Assembly: GCA_964387845.1 (NCBI GenBank)
Contig: CAYLXA010000007.1
Location: 1-64,000, forward strand
DNA length: 64,000 nt
From: an uncultured bacterium
GTDB taxonomy: Bacteria > Omnitrophota > Omnitrophia > Omnitrophales > Abzuiibacteriaceae
Direction: 5' to 3'
Of the stretch, positions 29,058 through 39,442 are shown piece after piece (position 1 is the stretch's first letter; each line of letters begins with the position of its first letter). A program made the translations under genes and the position numbers. The notes beneath the pieces are model-generated. The model was not told the DNA's origin. It did not search any database and saw only the letters and a program-made list of their open reading frames with translations.

Positions 29058-30359
29058 TTATTTTGAATTTGCGTACGAATCTCTTGCCCGTAAAAGCGCG
29101 CGCTTGCCGATATCAAAACGGTAAAAAGCACCATCAAACGAAATGGTTTTTAGAACGTCGTAAGCTTTTTCGTATGCCTCTTTGAGCGATGCGCCCAAAG
29201 CAGAAACATTCAGCACACGCCCGCCGGAAGTCACGACTTTACCTTCTTCGTTTTTAGATGTTCCGGCATGAAAAACACATACATCCTGTGCCTGCGCGAC
29301 ATTTTGAAGGCCTGAAATCGGAAAACCGGTTTCATAAGAGCCCGGATAACCGCGCGAGGCGATCACAACGGATAAACAAGCCTGCGAATCCCACTCCAAC
29401 TCCGTTGTTTCCAATTTACCTTTTGCGATTTGGTGAAAGACGGCCAGCAAATCTGTTTTAAGACGAGGCAAGACCGCTTGCGTCTCGGGGTCGCCGAAAC
29501 GGACGTTGTATTCCAGTACCTTGGGTCCGCTTTCCGTCATCATGATGCCGATGTAAAGAAGCCCGCGATAAGAAACACCTCGCTCACTCAATTTTCGAAT
29601 GATCGGAAGGCCCGTTAATTTTACGATTTCCTTCAATTGCTGGTCGTTTACGAACGGTGCCGGCGAATAAGCGCCCATGCCGCCCGTGTTAGGTCCGTGA
29701 TCATTGTCGTGTGCGCGTTTATGATCTTGTGAGCTCGCGAGCGGAATAATCTGCTGGCCGTCCGTTAGCGCCAGAACCGAAAGCTCCTCGCCGACCAAAC
29801 ACTTTTCGATCAAAATCCGCGCGCCGGCTTCGCCAAAAATTTTGGCGGTCATCATTTGCGTAATTGCTTCAACTGCTTCTTCGCAAGTGGTTGCCACCAC
29901 AACACCTTTTCCGGCCGCCAGGCCATCGGCTTTGATCACAAACGGCGGCTCACCATTAATGACAAACTCTTTGGCTTTCGCGGCATCGCTGAAAATTTCG
30001 AAATCCGCCGTCGGAATACCGGCTTCTTTCATCATCTGCTTTGAGAAAATTTTACTGCCTTCCAGCTGTGCGGCTTCTTTCGACGGGCCAAATACCAAGA
30101 GCCCTTCCGATTGAAAACGGTCCGCAATGCCCTTCACGAGCGGCGCTTCAGGGCCGACAACGGTCAGATCGATTTTTTCTTTCTTGGCAAGATCAAGCAG
30201 CGCCTCAACGTCATCGGCTTTGATATTAACGCATTCGCCGATTTCGGACATGCCGGCATTGCCGGGTGCAATCCACAGCTTTTCGAGAAGAGAGCTTTGC
30301 GCAATCTTCCACGCTAGCGCGTGTTCGCGGCCGCCGGAGCCGATTAAAAGAACTTTCAT
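29058..30359 (-). CDS. purD: phosphoribosylamine--glycine ligase
   Basis: The N-terminus is MKVLLIGSGGREHALAWK. An ATP-grasp domain is present. Confidence 0.9.
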   Translation of the reverse strand: MKVLLIGSGGREHALAWKIAQSSLLEKLWIAPGNAGMSEIGECVNIKADDVEALLDLAKKEKIDLTVVGPEAPLVKGIADRFQSEGLLVFGPSKEAAQLEGSKIFSKQMMKEAGIPTADFEIFSDAAKAKEFVINGEPPFVIKADGLAAGKGVVVATTCEEAVEAITQMMTAKIFGEAGARILIEKCLVGEELSVLALTDGQQIIPLASSQDHKRAHDNDHGPNTGGMGAYSPAPFVNDQQLKEIVKLTGLPIIRKLSERGVSYRGLLYIGIMMTESGPKVLEYNVRFGDPETQAVLPRLKTDLLAVFHQIAKGKLETTELEWDSQACLSVVIASRGYPGSYETGFPISGLQNVAQAQDVCVFHAGTSKNEEGKVVTSGGRVLNVSALGASLKEAYEKAYDVLKTISFDGAFYRFDIGKRALLRARDSYANSK

Positions 30360-31381
30360 GAAATCTTAACTCCCTTGCCTTTCACAACTTCTCCAATCTC
30401 ATAAGCTTTAATCTTGAAACGCTTCATCGTTTGAATTGCAAGTGCTGCATCTTTTTTCGAAACCACTGCCACCATACCGATGCCCATATTAAAAGTCCGG
30501 AACATCTCACGAAGCCCCAAATGGGCACGCTCCATGACATCCCAAAAAATCTCGGGTGTCGGGATGCGGTTTCCGTCAACTTGAATCCCCAAATGATCCG
30601 GCACGACGCGCGGAATGTTGTCATAAAAACCGCCGCCTGTGATATGGGCGAGCGATTTGACTTTCACTTTTTCGAGAAGCGCCAAAACGGGCTTCACATA
30701 AATAACCGTCGGAGCCAGAATCTTTTTTCCGATCGGGCCGGCAAGTTCAGACTTGGAATACACTTTCCGGATCAAAGAAAAACCGTTGCTGTGAAATCCA
30801 GAAGATGCAAAACCGATCACGGCATCCCCTGCTTTGACTGAACGGCCGTCAATCACTTTGGATTTATCCACCAGACCAACCGCAAAACCGGCAAGATCAT
30901 ATTGATCGCCGTTATAAAATCCCGGCATTTCGGCTGTTTCACCGCCTACAAGCGCGCATCCGGCCTGTTTGCAGCCGTCCGCAATTCCTTTAATCACCGC
31001 CCGGGAAATCTCCAAGTTTAATTTTCCGGTCGCGTAGTAGTCCAAAAACACAACCGGCCGCGCACCGCAAGTCACCAGGTCATTGACGCACATCGCCACC
31101 AAATCAATGCCGACCGTGTCGTGCCTTCCGGTGAGTTCCGCAATTTCCAATTTCGTTCCGACCCCGTCCGTCGAGGTCACCATCAAAGGATGCTTCAGAT
31201 TGTATTTTTTGATATCAAAGAGCGCCGAAAAACCGCCGATGCCGCCCACCACGCCGGGCACATTGGTCGCACGCGCCATTTTTTTAATGCTCGTGACCAG
31301 ATGCTCGGCTTTATCGATGTCTACGCCGGCCTTTTGATACGTCACTGCGGCCGTCATGAACTCGCGTGCCTCACAGCCCAC
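30356..31381 (-). CDS. purM: phosphoribosylformylglycinamidine cyclo-ligase (AIR synthetase)
   Basis: It belongs to the PurM family (VGIDLVAMCVNDL). Confidence 0.9.
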   Translation of the reverse strand: MGCEAREFMTAAVTYQKAGVDIDKAEHLVTSIKKMARATNVPGVVGGIGGFSALFDIKKYNLKHPLMVTSTDGVGTKLEIAELTGRHDTVGIDLVAMCVNDLVTCGARPVVFLDYYATGKLNLEISRAVIKGIADGCKQAGCALVGGETAEMPGFYNGDQYDLAGFAVGLVDKSKVIDGRSVKAGDAVIGFASSGFHSNGFSLIRKVYSKSELAGPIGKKILAPTVIYVKPVLALLEKVKVKSLAHITGGGFYDNIPRVVPDHLGIQVDGNRIPTPEIFWDVMERAHLGLREMFRTFNMGIGMVAVVSKKDAALAIQTMKRFKIKAYEIGEVVKGKGVKIS

Positions 31382-32784
31382 TTACGTTCAAGCTTAAACT
31401 TGTCTAATTCATCGTAAATTTTAGTCGGATATTTTCCGGAAAAGCACGCGGTGCAATAATTTTCTTTTGGTTTTGCCGTCACACCTTCAAGTAATCCTTT
31501 CTCGCTCAAATATCCCAAACTGTCGACACCCAAATAGGCTTTGATTTCTTCCATCGAGTTCGTGGCCGCGATTAATTCCTTTTTTGAAGGAAAATCGATG
31601 CCGTAAAAGCACGGCGATACATGCGGCGGGCAGCTGATCCGCATGTGAACTTCTTTGGCACCTGCGCGGCGGAGCAAAATCACGCGCGATTTAGACGTGT
31701 TGCCGCGCACAATCGAATCGTCCACGCAAATGACGCGCTTGCCTTCAATCACTTCGCGGATCGGATTGAGCTTCACCTTCACGGCGAACGTGCGCGCTTC
31801 CTGTGTCGGATTGATGAATGTCCGGCCGATGTAGTGGTTGCGCGTAAAGCCATGTGCAAGCGGAATGCCGGATTCTTGAGAATATCCCATCGCCGCAAAA
31901 TTTCCGGAATCGGGCACTGGAATCACGATGTCGGCATCGACCGGATGTTCTTTTGCCAAAATTCTGCCGAGCTTTTCACGCACGAGCCCGACATTTTCAC
32001 CAAAGACACGCGAATCGGGACGCGCAAAATAAACATGCTCGAAAATACAATGCGCCATTTTATGCTTTTGATTCTTGAATGGAAAATGGCTTCGTAAGCC
32101 CTTCTGATCAATAAACAAAACCTCGCCCGGTTCAATTTCGCGGACGAGCTCTGCTTGAATCAAGTCAAGCGCACAAGTCTCAGATGCTACCACATACGAA
32201 CCGTTTACTTTTCCCAAACAGAGCGGCCTGAATCCGTGCGGATCCCGGAACGCTACCAGCATGTCATCAAACAACATCGTGCAGGAATAAGCACCTTCGA
32301 CGCGCGAAATGGCGCCCAGCACACATTCTTCTTTCGTTTGGTATTCAGGCTTCGCCATCAGGTGAATAAAAATTTCGGAATCCATCGTGCTGCCGAAAAT
32401 CGCACCATACGCTTCCAGCTCATCGCGCAAAATCTGCGCGTTCACCAAATTACCGTTGTGCGCAATCGCCACTTGGCCGCGCGAAAAATCGACCATATAA
32501 GGTTGCGCATTCTGAACATTATTGGAACCGGTGGTCGAATACCGCACATGGCCGATGGCGATATTGCCCGGCAATGAATTCAGGGTCGATCGGTTGAACA
32601 CTTCGCCGACAAGGCCCAGGTTTTTATAGAGGTTGATTTGCTTGCCATCATGAACTGCAATGCCGGCACTTTCCTCGCCCCGGTGCTGAAGCGCAAAAAG
32701 CCCCAGATAGGCCAGCTCGGATGCCTGTTCGTGACCGTAAATTCCGACTATCCCGCAATACTCCTTAACGCCCTCGTCGCCCAT
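31354..32784 (-). CDS. purF: amidophosphoribosyltransferase
   Basis: An N-terminal CGIVG Ntn-glutaminase precedes a PRT domain. Confidence 0.9.
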   Translation of the reverse strand: MGDEGVKEYCGIVGIYGHEQASELAYLGLFALQHRGEESAGIAVHDGKQINLYKNLGLVGEVFNRSTLNSLPGNIAIGHVRYSTTGSNNVQNAQPYMVDFSRGQVAIAHNGNLVNAQILRDELEAYGAIFGSTMDSEIFIHLMAKPEYQTKEECVLGAISRVEGAYSCTMLFDDMLVAFRDPHGFRPLCLGKVNGSYVVASETCALDLIQAELVREIEPGEVLFIDQKGLRSHFPFKNQKHKMAHCIFEHVYFARPDSRVFGENVGLVREKLGRILAKEHPVDADIVIPVPDSGNFAAMGYSQESGIPLAHGFTRNHYIGRTFINPTQEARTFAVKVKLNPIREVIEGKRVICVDDSIVRGNTSKSRVILLRRAGAKEVHMRISCPPHVSPCFYGIDFPSKKELIAATNSMEEIKAYLGVDSLGYLSEKGLLEGVTAKPKENYCTACFSGKYPTKIYDELDKFKLERKWAVRHASS

Positions 32785-35018
32785 TAGTTTTTCATTCTCC
32801 TTGGAATTGCGTTTCGATAAGTCTTTTCAATTTCTTCGGATGACAATTTTAACCGCTTCCCTACAACCAGATCTTTTTTCGTCACACTGCCGATTTTTTG
32901 GCACGGCACACCGGCTTTTTTGGCGGCCGCTTCGAGTTTTTTCTCATTTTTTGGGTTGAGACTCACAATGGCGCGCGTCTGTGTTTCACCGAAAAACGCG
33001 GCATCTTCACGAATTCCTTGGGCCCAATCCAAATTCGTAATTTTTGCACCGAGCGGATGATTGATTGTTCCGAGCAAACATTCGGCGATTGCAACGGCAA
33101 AACCGCCGTCAGACAAATCGTGCGCCGAGCTCAAAATTTTCTTTGCGCTTAGATCGAGCATCAGTGCGCAAAGCGCTTTCTCTTTCTCGAATGAAATCTC
33201 AGGCGGCGTTCCTTTCCGTAAACCATGAACCGTCAGCAGATATTGCGATCCGCCCAGCTCTTCTTTGGTTTCGCCCAAAAGGTAAATGCTGTCGCCGGGA
33301 TTTTGAAAGAACGACGGGATCCGGCATTCAATGTCATCCAAGAGCCCAACCATGCTCACGGTCGGCGTCGGATAAATGGCACCCTTCGGGCTTTCATTAT
33401 AGAAGCTCACATTGCCGCCCGTGACCGGCGTCTCGAGCGCGCGGCACGCGGCAGACATCCCTTCGACGGCTTTTCTGAATTGCCAGAAAATCTCGGGCTT
33501 CATCGGATTGCCAAAATTGAGGCAGTTGGAAATCGCAAGCGGCCGGGCGCCTGAACAATAAACATTACGCGCAGATTCGCATACTGCGATTTTGCCGCCT
33601 TCAAAAGGATCCAGATACACATAAAGCCCGTTGCAATCCGTCGAAACGGCAATGGCTTTGTCCGTTCCCTTCACGCGCACGAGCGCCGCATCGTGGCCCG
33701 GCAGAAAAACCGTGTTGGTCTGAACCATGTGGTCATATTGCTGGAAAATCCATTTTTTAGACGCAATCGTCGGCGAATCGAGCAATCTCAGAAGCGTTTC
33801 GTTAAAATTCTTCGGAATTTTGATTTCGCCCAGATCCAGCCGCTGGGCCTCATCTAAATATTTCGGACGCGACATTTCGCGTTGGTAAAGCGGCGCATCA
33901 TCCGTGAGAGATTTCACCGGAATTTCAGCGGCAAGTTCCCCGTTGTCATAAATTTTCATCATCGAGCCGGTCGCCACTTCGCCGATTTTCTCGGCGTGCA
34001 GGTCCCACTTCTCAAGAATATCTTGAACGACTTTTTCTTTTCCTTTTTTCGCAATCACAAGCATGCGTTCCTGGGATTCCGAAATCATAAGCTCATAAGG
34101 AACCATACCCTCTTCGCGGCGCGGCACTTTTGCAAGATCCACCGCGATACCGGCATTGCCGCGTGAAGCGGTTTCGCAAACCGAACACGTGAGCCCTGCT
34201 GCGCCCATATCCTGCATCCCTACAAGCGCGCCGGATTTAACAAGCTCGAGGCATGCTTCGAGCAAAAGTTTTTCCATAAAGGGGTCGCCCACTTGAACGG
34301 CCGGCCGGTCTTCCATCGATTCATCCGTGAGTTCACGGGATGCGAAAGATGCGCCTCCGAGCCCATCGCGGCCGGTTGCGGCTCCGACGTAAAACACAGA
34401 ATTGCCGACGCCCGAAGCGGCGCCTTTCGTCAGTGCTGATTTTTCAATCACGCCGAGACAAAAAACATTCACGAGAGGGTTGCCTTCATAGAAATCATCA
34501 AAGTAAATCTCGCCGCCCACCGTCGGAATGCCGATGCAATTTCCGTAATGTGCGACACCGGCCACAACGCCTCGCAGGAGCCGCTTGTTACGTTCTTCAT
34601 CGAGACTGCCAAAGCGAAGTGAATTCATCAGCATGATGGGATAAGCGCCCATTGTAAAAATATCTCTGATGATGCCGCCAACGCCTGTCGCGGCCCCCTG
34701 GAAGGGTTCTACGGCTGAGGGATGATTGTGGCTTTCGATTTTAAAGACAATCGCCAGGCCGTTTCCGATATCCACACAGCCCGCGTTTTCTTCGCCGGCT
34801 TTGACGAGTAAATTCTTACCTTCCGTTGGAAACAACTTCAAAACGGGACGTGAATTTTTATAGGAGCAGTGCTCGCTCCACATCGCCGAGAAAATCCCGA
34901 GTTCTGTGATGTTCGGTCGGCGGCCCAAAATGTCGCAAATACGCGCGTACTCGCCCTGCGTCAGGCCGTGCGCCTTGATCACATTCTCTGTAATTTCAGA
35001 AGCGTCGAGTACTTTCAT
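32784..35018 (-). CDS. purL: phosphoribosylformylglycinamidine synthase subunit PurL
   Basis: It is a 744-aa FGAM synthase II protein with duplicated PurM-like domains. Confidence 0.9.
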   Translation of the reverse strand: MKVLDASEITENVIKAHGLTQGEYARICDILGRRPNITELGIFSAMWSEHCSYKNSRPVLKLFPTEGKNLLVKAGEENAGCVDIGNGLAIVFKIESHNHPSAVEPFQGAATGVGGIIRDIFTMGAYPIMLMNSLRFGSLDEERNKRLLRGVVAGVAHYGNCIGIPTVGGEIYFDDFYEGNPLVNVFCLGVIEKSALTKGAASGVGNSVFYVGAATGRDGLGGASFASRELTDESMEDRPAVQVGDPFMEKLLLEACLELVKSGALVGMQDMGAAGLTCSVCETASRGNAGIAVDLAKVPRREEGMVPYELMISESQERMLVIAKKGKEKVVQDILEKWDLHAEKIGEVATGSMMKIYDNGELAAEIPVKSLTDDAPLYQREMSRPKYLDEAQRLDLGEIKIPKNFNETLLRLLDSPTIASKKWIFQQYDHMVQTNTVFLPGHDAALVRVKGTDKAIAVSTDCNGLYVYLDPFEGGKIAVCESARNVYCSGARPLAISNCLNFGNPMKPEIFWQFRKAVEGMSAACRALETPVTGGNVSFYNESPKGAIYPTPTVSMVGLLDDIECRIPSFFQNPGDSIYLLGETKEELGGSQYLLTVHGLRKGTPPEISFEKEKALCALMLDLSAKKILSSAHDLSDGGFAVAIAECLLGTINHPLGAKITNLDWAQGIREDAAFFGETQTRAIVSLNPKNEKKLEAAAKKAGVPCQKIGSVTKKDLVVGKRLKLSSEEIEKTYRNAIPRRMKN

Positions 35019-35019
35019 C

Positions 35020-35712
35020 TTAATTGAGTGAGGTTAAAAGACTTTTCCAAATTCCGTATCCGTCATGCGAACCCAAAAGATTTTCGCTTGCACGCTCCGG
35101 ATGCGGCATCATGCCCATCACATTGCCGGTTTCATTCATAATCCCGGCGATTGAATCCACCGAGCCGTTCGGATTCGATGTGTCATTCACCTGGCCGGAT
35201 TCGGACGCATAACGAAACACAATACGTCCGTTATCCTGAAGCTCTTTGAGCGTATCGGTATCGCAATAGTAATTGCCTTCGCCGTGCGCAATCGGAATAT
35301 CGAGAAGCTGACTTTTTTTGAGCTGGTTCGTGAAAATGGTTTTCGGATTTTCGGTCCGGATAAAGACATTCTTGCAAATAAATTGAAGCGAACGATTGCG
35401 GAGCATCGCGCCCGGCAGCAGGCCGGATTCCAGGAGCATTTGAAAACCGTTGCAGATTCCGATCACGCTGCGCTTTTCAGCTGCGTGCTTCTTGATAGCG
35501 GTAAAAATCGGCGAAAAGCGTGCGATGGCGCCGGTTCGCAAATAATCGCCGTAGCTGAATCCGCCGGGCAAAACGACCAAATCCAATTTGGGGAGTGCGG
35601 TTTCTTTATGCCAAACAAACCGGACTTGCGCGCCGGCAATTTCCTTTAAAGCGTAGGCACAGTCCTTGTCGCAATTGGAACCCGGAAATACGACAACCGC
35701 CGCCTTGATCAC
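35020..35712 (-). CDS. purQ: phosphoribosylformylglycinamidine synthase glutaminase subunit PurQ
   Basis: It is a class I glutamine amidotransferase (ICNGFQML, MPHPER). Confidence 0.9.
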   Translation of the reverse strand: MIKAAVVVFPGSNCDKDCAYALKEIAGAQVRFVWHKETALPKLDLVVLPGGFSYGDYLRTGAIARFSPIFTAIKKHAAEKRSVIGICNGFQMLLESGLLPGAMLRNRSLQFICKNVFIRTENPKTIFTNQLKKSQLLDIPIAHGEGNYYCDTDTLKELQDNGRIVFRYASESGQVNDTSNPNGSVDSIAGIMNETGNVMGMMPHPERASENLLGSHDGYGIWKSLLTSLN

Positions 35713-36017
35713 TTTTTGGATTCTCCCACATCAAACCTGTATTGTTCAATCACGGTATTGGCCAAAAGCTCATCGCACATTTTGGCGACTTGCGCTTTCG
35801 CATCAGCAAGATCTTTGGCCTTGATTTGGACTTCAAAATATTTTCCGACCCTCACCGCGCCCACCTGCTTGAAATTGAGCGAGTGCAAGGAATGTAAAAT
35901 CACTTTTCCCTGCGGATCAAGCACGGATTTTTTCAAAGTCACATAAACTTTTGCTTCAAATGCTTTTCCGGAACTTGCTTTCACCGTTTTTTTGCTTTTC
36001 ATCGTCATAGTTGCCAT
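35709..36017 (-). CDS. purS: phosphoribosylformylglycinamidine synthase subunit PurS
   Basis: A small protein carrying VYVTLKKSVLDPQG sits between purC and purQ. Confidence 0.7.
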   Translation of the reverse strand: MATMTMKSKKTVKASSGKAFEAKVYVTLKKSVLDPQGKVILHSLHSLNFKQVGAVRVGKYFEVQIKAKDLADAKAQVAKMCDELLANTVIEQYRFDVGESKK

Positions 36018-36028
36018 GTTCGTCCCGA

Positions 36029-36934
36029 TTAACTCAATGACTTGCCCGTTAAACGCTTGTACACGTCGCGATACGCTTCGCTTGTCTTTTCAACGATATC
36101 ATCCGGCAATGTGGGGGCCGGCGGTTTTTGATTCCATTTAATATCGAGAAGATAATTGCGGACAATTTGCTTGTCGTAGCTTGGCTGATCGTGTCCTTCC
36201 TGATAGGTATCTTTCGGCCAAAAGCGCGAGCTGTCGGGCGTCAGGACCTCGTCGATCAAAATGAGTTTGCCGTCTAGAATTCCAAATTCGAATTTCGTAT
36301 CGGCAATCAAAATTCCTTTTGTCGCGGCAAATTCGCGCCCTTTTAAATAAATTTGAATCGACAGATCGCGTGCTTTCTCGGCAATTTCTTTTCCGACAAT
36401 ATCCACGGCGCGTTTGAAATCGATATTTTCATCATGGCCCACCGTTGCTTTCGTGGCCGGCGTGAAAATAGGCTCTTCTAACTTCGCGCATTGCTTGAGA
36501 TTTTTGGGAAGCGTGTGGCCGCAGACTTGCCCTGTCTTTTGATAATCCTTCCAGCCGGATCCGGTCACATAGCCGCGCACTACACATTCAATCGCAAGCG
36601 GCTTGGCGCGCTTAACAAGCATCGTGCGCCCCTTAAGTTCCGGGCCGTGTTTTTCAATGATCTCTTTCGGAAGTACTTCTTTGTAGCAAGGGCCCAAGTG
36701 ATTAGGTACGAGATCTTTAAAATAATCGAACCAAAAACGGGAAATTTGGTTAAGAACCTGCCCTTTAAACGGAATCGGGTTCGGGAGCACAACATCGAAC
36801 GCGCTCAAGCGATCCGTCGTAATCAATAGAAGTTGATCGTCGCCCACCGCGTAAATGTCGCGCACTTTGCCGCGCGCGACCAACGGAAGCGGAAGTTTGG
36901 TTTCTTTTACCGGAACTGATTTATCGGTCATCAT
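36029..36934 (-). CDS. purC: phosphoribosylaminoimidazole-succinocarboxamide synthase
   Basis: It belongs to the SAICAR synthetase family (LLYRGKVRDIY-like, GKVRDIYAVGDDQLL). Confidence 0.9.
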   Translation of the reverse strand: MMTDKSVPVKETKLPLPLVARGKVRDIYAVGDDQLLLITTDRLSAFDVVLPNPIPFKGQVLNQISRFWFDYFKDLVPNHLGPCYKEVLPKEIIEKHGPELKGRTMLVKRAKPLAIECVVRGYVTGSGWKDYQKTGQVCGHTLPKNLKQCAKLEEPIFTPATKATVGHDENIDFKRAVDIVGKEIAEKARDLSIQIYLKGREFAATKGILIADTKFEFGILDGKLILIDEVLTPDSSRFWPKDTYQEGHDQPSYDKQIVRNYLLDIKWNQKPPAPTLPDDIVEKTSEAYRDVYKRLTGKSLS

Positions 36935-36947
36935 GGCTTTCTCCCCT

Positions 36948-38258
36948 TTAAATGCCTACCCGTTTAAAAATATCGTTTACATGTTTGGTATGGTAATTGT
37001 AATTAAATACCGCATCAATTTCTTTGTCGTTTAAGAATTTTCGGACACGGCTGTCGCGCTTGGCAACTTCTTTCATTTGCGCGCGCTTGTTTTCCCAAAC
37101 TTCTTTGGCACAATCCTGGATAATTTTATAAGCCACTTCACGCGTCGAGCCTTTCTCGATCAGGCGAAGCAAGAGGCCTTGCGAAAACACCATGCCGCGG
37201 CTGTGCTCCAAAGTTGCGGCCATGTTCTCCGGATAAACCGCAAGCCCGTCCACCACACGAATCGCAAGATTGAGCATATAGTCCAACAGGATCGTGCTGT
37301 CAGGGAAAATCACGCGCTCGACGGATGAATGCGTAATATCCCGCTCATGCCACAATGCAATATTTTCAACTGCTGCATGCGCATTGCCGCGCAAAATCCG
37401 CGCCAAACCGGCGATCCGTTCGCACGTGATGGGATTCCGTTTGTGCGGCATTGCGGACGACCCTTTTTGCCCCTTTGCAAATGCTTCTTCAACTTCCCTA
37501 ACTTCGGTTTTCTGCAGATGCCTGACTTCCGTCGCGAGTTTCTCGAGCGATGCACCGATAATCGAAATCGTGGTCAAATATTCCGCGTGGCGGTCGCGCT
37601 GAACAACTTGTGTTGAGATGGGATCCGGTTTTAGGCCCAATGCTTTACAAACAAACACTTCCACTTTCGGCGGAACGTTGGCAAAGGTGCCCACCGCACC
37701 TGAAATTTTGCCGTACTCGACATTTTCCATCGCGCGCTCAAAACGTTCGAGATTGCGGCTGAATTCCGCATAAAAAAGCGCCATCTTGAGGCCGAAAGTA
37801 ACCGGCTCGGCATGAATTCCGTGGCTCCTGCCGACCATAACGGTGAATTTATGTTCGCGCGCCCTCTTCTTCAGTGAAACCAAAAGGCGTTTCAAATCTT
37901 CGAGTAAGATCTTGGACGCGTCTTTGATTTGAAGCGCAAGCGCTGTGTCGAGAATGTCTGATGAGGTCAATCCGAAATGAACATAGCGGCCTGCCGGGCC
38001 AACGTTTTCCGCAAGATTCGTTAGAAATGCAATGACATCATGCTGGACGACCGCTTCGATTTCGTGGATTCGTTTTACGTTGAATTTTGCACGCTTTTTA
38101 ACCTGCGGCGGAATATTTTTCGGGATATAACCGTACTTCGCCAGCGCGTCTAACGCGGCCAACTCAACTTCCAACCATTTTTGAAGCTTATTTTCCTCGC
38201 TCCAAATTTGTCCCATTGCGGGACGTGTGTAGCGCTCAATCATGTGTTTGTCTGTCAT
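36948..38258 (-). CDS. purB: adenylosuccinate lyase
   Basis: It belongs to the fumarate lyase family (GSSAMPHKRNP). Confidence 0.9.
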   Translation of the reverse strand: MTDKHMIERYTRPAMGQIWSEENKLQKWLEVELAALDALAKYGYIPKNIPPQVKKRAKFNVKRIHEIEAVVQHDVIAFLTNLAENVGPAGRYVHFGLTSSDILDTALALQIKDASKILLEDLKRLLVSLKKRAREHKFTVMVGRSHGIHAEPVTFGLKMALFYAEFSRNLERFERAMENVEYGKISGAVGTFANVPPKVEVFVCKALGLKPDPISTQVVQRDRHAEYLTTISIIGASLEKLATEVRHLQKTEVREVEEAFAKGQKGSSAMPHKRNPITCERIAGLARILRGNAHAAVENIALWHERDITHSSVERVIFPDSTILLDYMLNLAIRVVDGLAVYPENMAATLEHSRGMVFSQGLLLRLIEKGSTREVAYKIIQDCAKEVWENKRAQMKEVAKRDSRVRKFLNDKEIDAVFNYNYHTKHVNDIFKRVGI

Positions 38259-38340
38259 CCTGAGGCAAAGCCGAAGGATCTAAATCTTAGATTCTTCGCT
38301 GCGCTCAGAGTGACGGTAAAAATACAATTATAAAATCAGA

Positions 38341-38907
38341 TTAATCTTTTTCAATCACTGCGCAAGCAATCCGCGCACCCGCATTTCCGACGGGATCCGT
38401 TACGTGGTCGTCCGCATTTTCATGAATAATAAATGCGGTGCCCGCTTCGCCAAATAGAGAATTGTCACCTTCGGTAAGGGTCACACCCGAAACCACGATT
38501 TCCGAATCAACGGTACCGTCCGCTTCAACCGTCAAATTTTGCATGTCGCCCGCGTGATGCCCTTCGGGATTTTCAAGGCCATGCTGCTTGCCTGCCGGAT
38601 TGAAGTGAGAACCTGCTGAAGTAAAATCCGGCCCTTCGCACTTGCCGGCTTCATGAATATGAAAGCCATGAAGCCCGGGCGGTAAATTAGAAGCTTCGAT
38701 TGAAACAATGACGCCGTCCGCATCTTCGCTCAAAAGGGCTCTGCCGATTTTTTCACCGGCAGCGTTGACAAAATCAGCATGAGCAGAAAGAGCTTTCTCC
38801 TCTTCCATTTTTAATTCGTCGGCAAATAAATTTTGTGCGGAAAATACGACAACAGAAAAGCTGAACATGAGGACTGTTAGAAATTTCACGATTTTCTCCC
38901 TTTTCAT
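38341..38907 (-). CDS. sodC: Cu/Zn superoxide dismutase
   Basis: A signal peptide is present. The motif is [24 protein letters not shown]. Confidence 0.9.
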   Translation of the reverse strand: MKREKIVKFLTVLMFSFSVVVFSAQNLFADELKMEEEKALSAHADFVNAAGEKIGRALLSEDADGVIVSIEASNLPPGLHGFHIHEAGKCEGPDFTSAGSHFNPAGKQHGLENPEGHHAGDMQNLTVEADGTVDSEIVVSGVTLTEGDNSLFGEAGTAFIIHENADDHVTDPVGNAGARIACAVIEKD

Positions 38908-38913
38908 TAAAAG

Positions 38914-38988
38914 TAGCGCTAACGAGATTTGAACTCGTGTCTTCAGAATGAGAATCTGACGTCCTAGGCCGGCCTAGACGATAGCGCC
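38914..38988 (-). tRNA. tRNA-Glu (anticodon CTC)
   Basis: I folded the minus-strand cloverleaf by hand. The acceptor is GGCGCTA/TAGCGCT. The D-arm is TCGTCTAGGCCGGCCTAGGACG. The anticodon stem TCAGA/TCTGA holds the loop TT-CTC-AT. The T-arm is ACGAG-TTCAAAT-CTCGT. Confidence 0.7.
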
Positions 38989-39192
38989 GTGCGACGCCTT
39001 TTATATTAAAAAACAGCTAAAAACAATCAAAGAAAAAGAAAATTCCCTCTATGGTCATAACCTATTGCACTGCAATATGTTTTGGATAGAGATTTTGAGA
39101 AGTGAAACAGGCGTAATATACAAGATATAGTGGTTATCGTCAATCTAAATCGAGTTGCTTGTGGTTTTAGAAGAAAAATAAGGAGAACAAGC

Positions 39193-39429
39193 TTAGCGGA
39201 TTTTCAGGTCTTTCACATCCCTATCAATCCGGTTCAATTTATCATCCAGCCGATCCAGCCGGCGATTCAAAATTTGCAAATCCCGCTGAATTTCGTAAAG
39301 TGCGCGTTTCATATCAGATGTTTCTTGCGCAATTAAGGTTTCTTTCGAATCCGGGCCCATTTCTGCTGATACAAAATGCGGGCTCACAAAAACTGCCAGT
39401 AACACGGCTGCCAGAATTATTTTTTTCAT
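39193..39429 (-). CDS. small secreted coiled-coil protein
   Basis: A signal peptide (MKKIILAAVLLAVFVSPHFVSA) precedes a heptad-repeat region (LQILNRRLDRLDDKLNRIDRDVKDLK). Confidence 0.4.
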   Translation of the reverse strand: MKKIILAAVLLAVFVSPHFVSAEMGPDSKETLIAQETSDMKRALYEIQRDLQILNRRLDRLDDKLNRIDRDVKDLKIR

Positions 39430-39442
39430 ATCTCTTCTCCTT

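Noticed and set aside
38259-38340. Purine riboswitch or PurR box upstream of purB.
   Set aside because: I could not see a conserved aptamer junction or the ACGCAAACGTTTTC-like palindrome, only a simple hairpin. I kept it as a low-interest finding instead.
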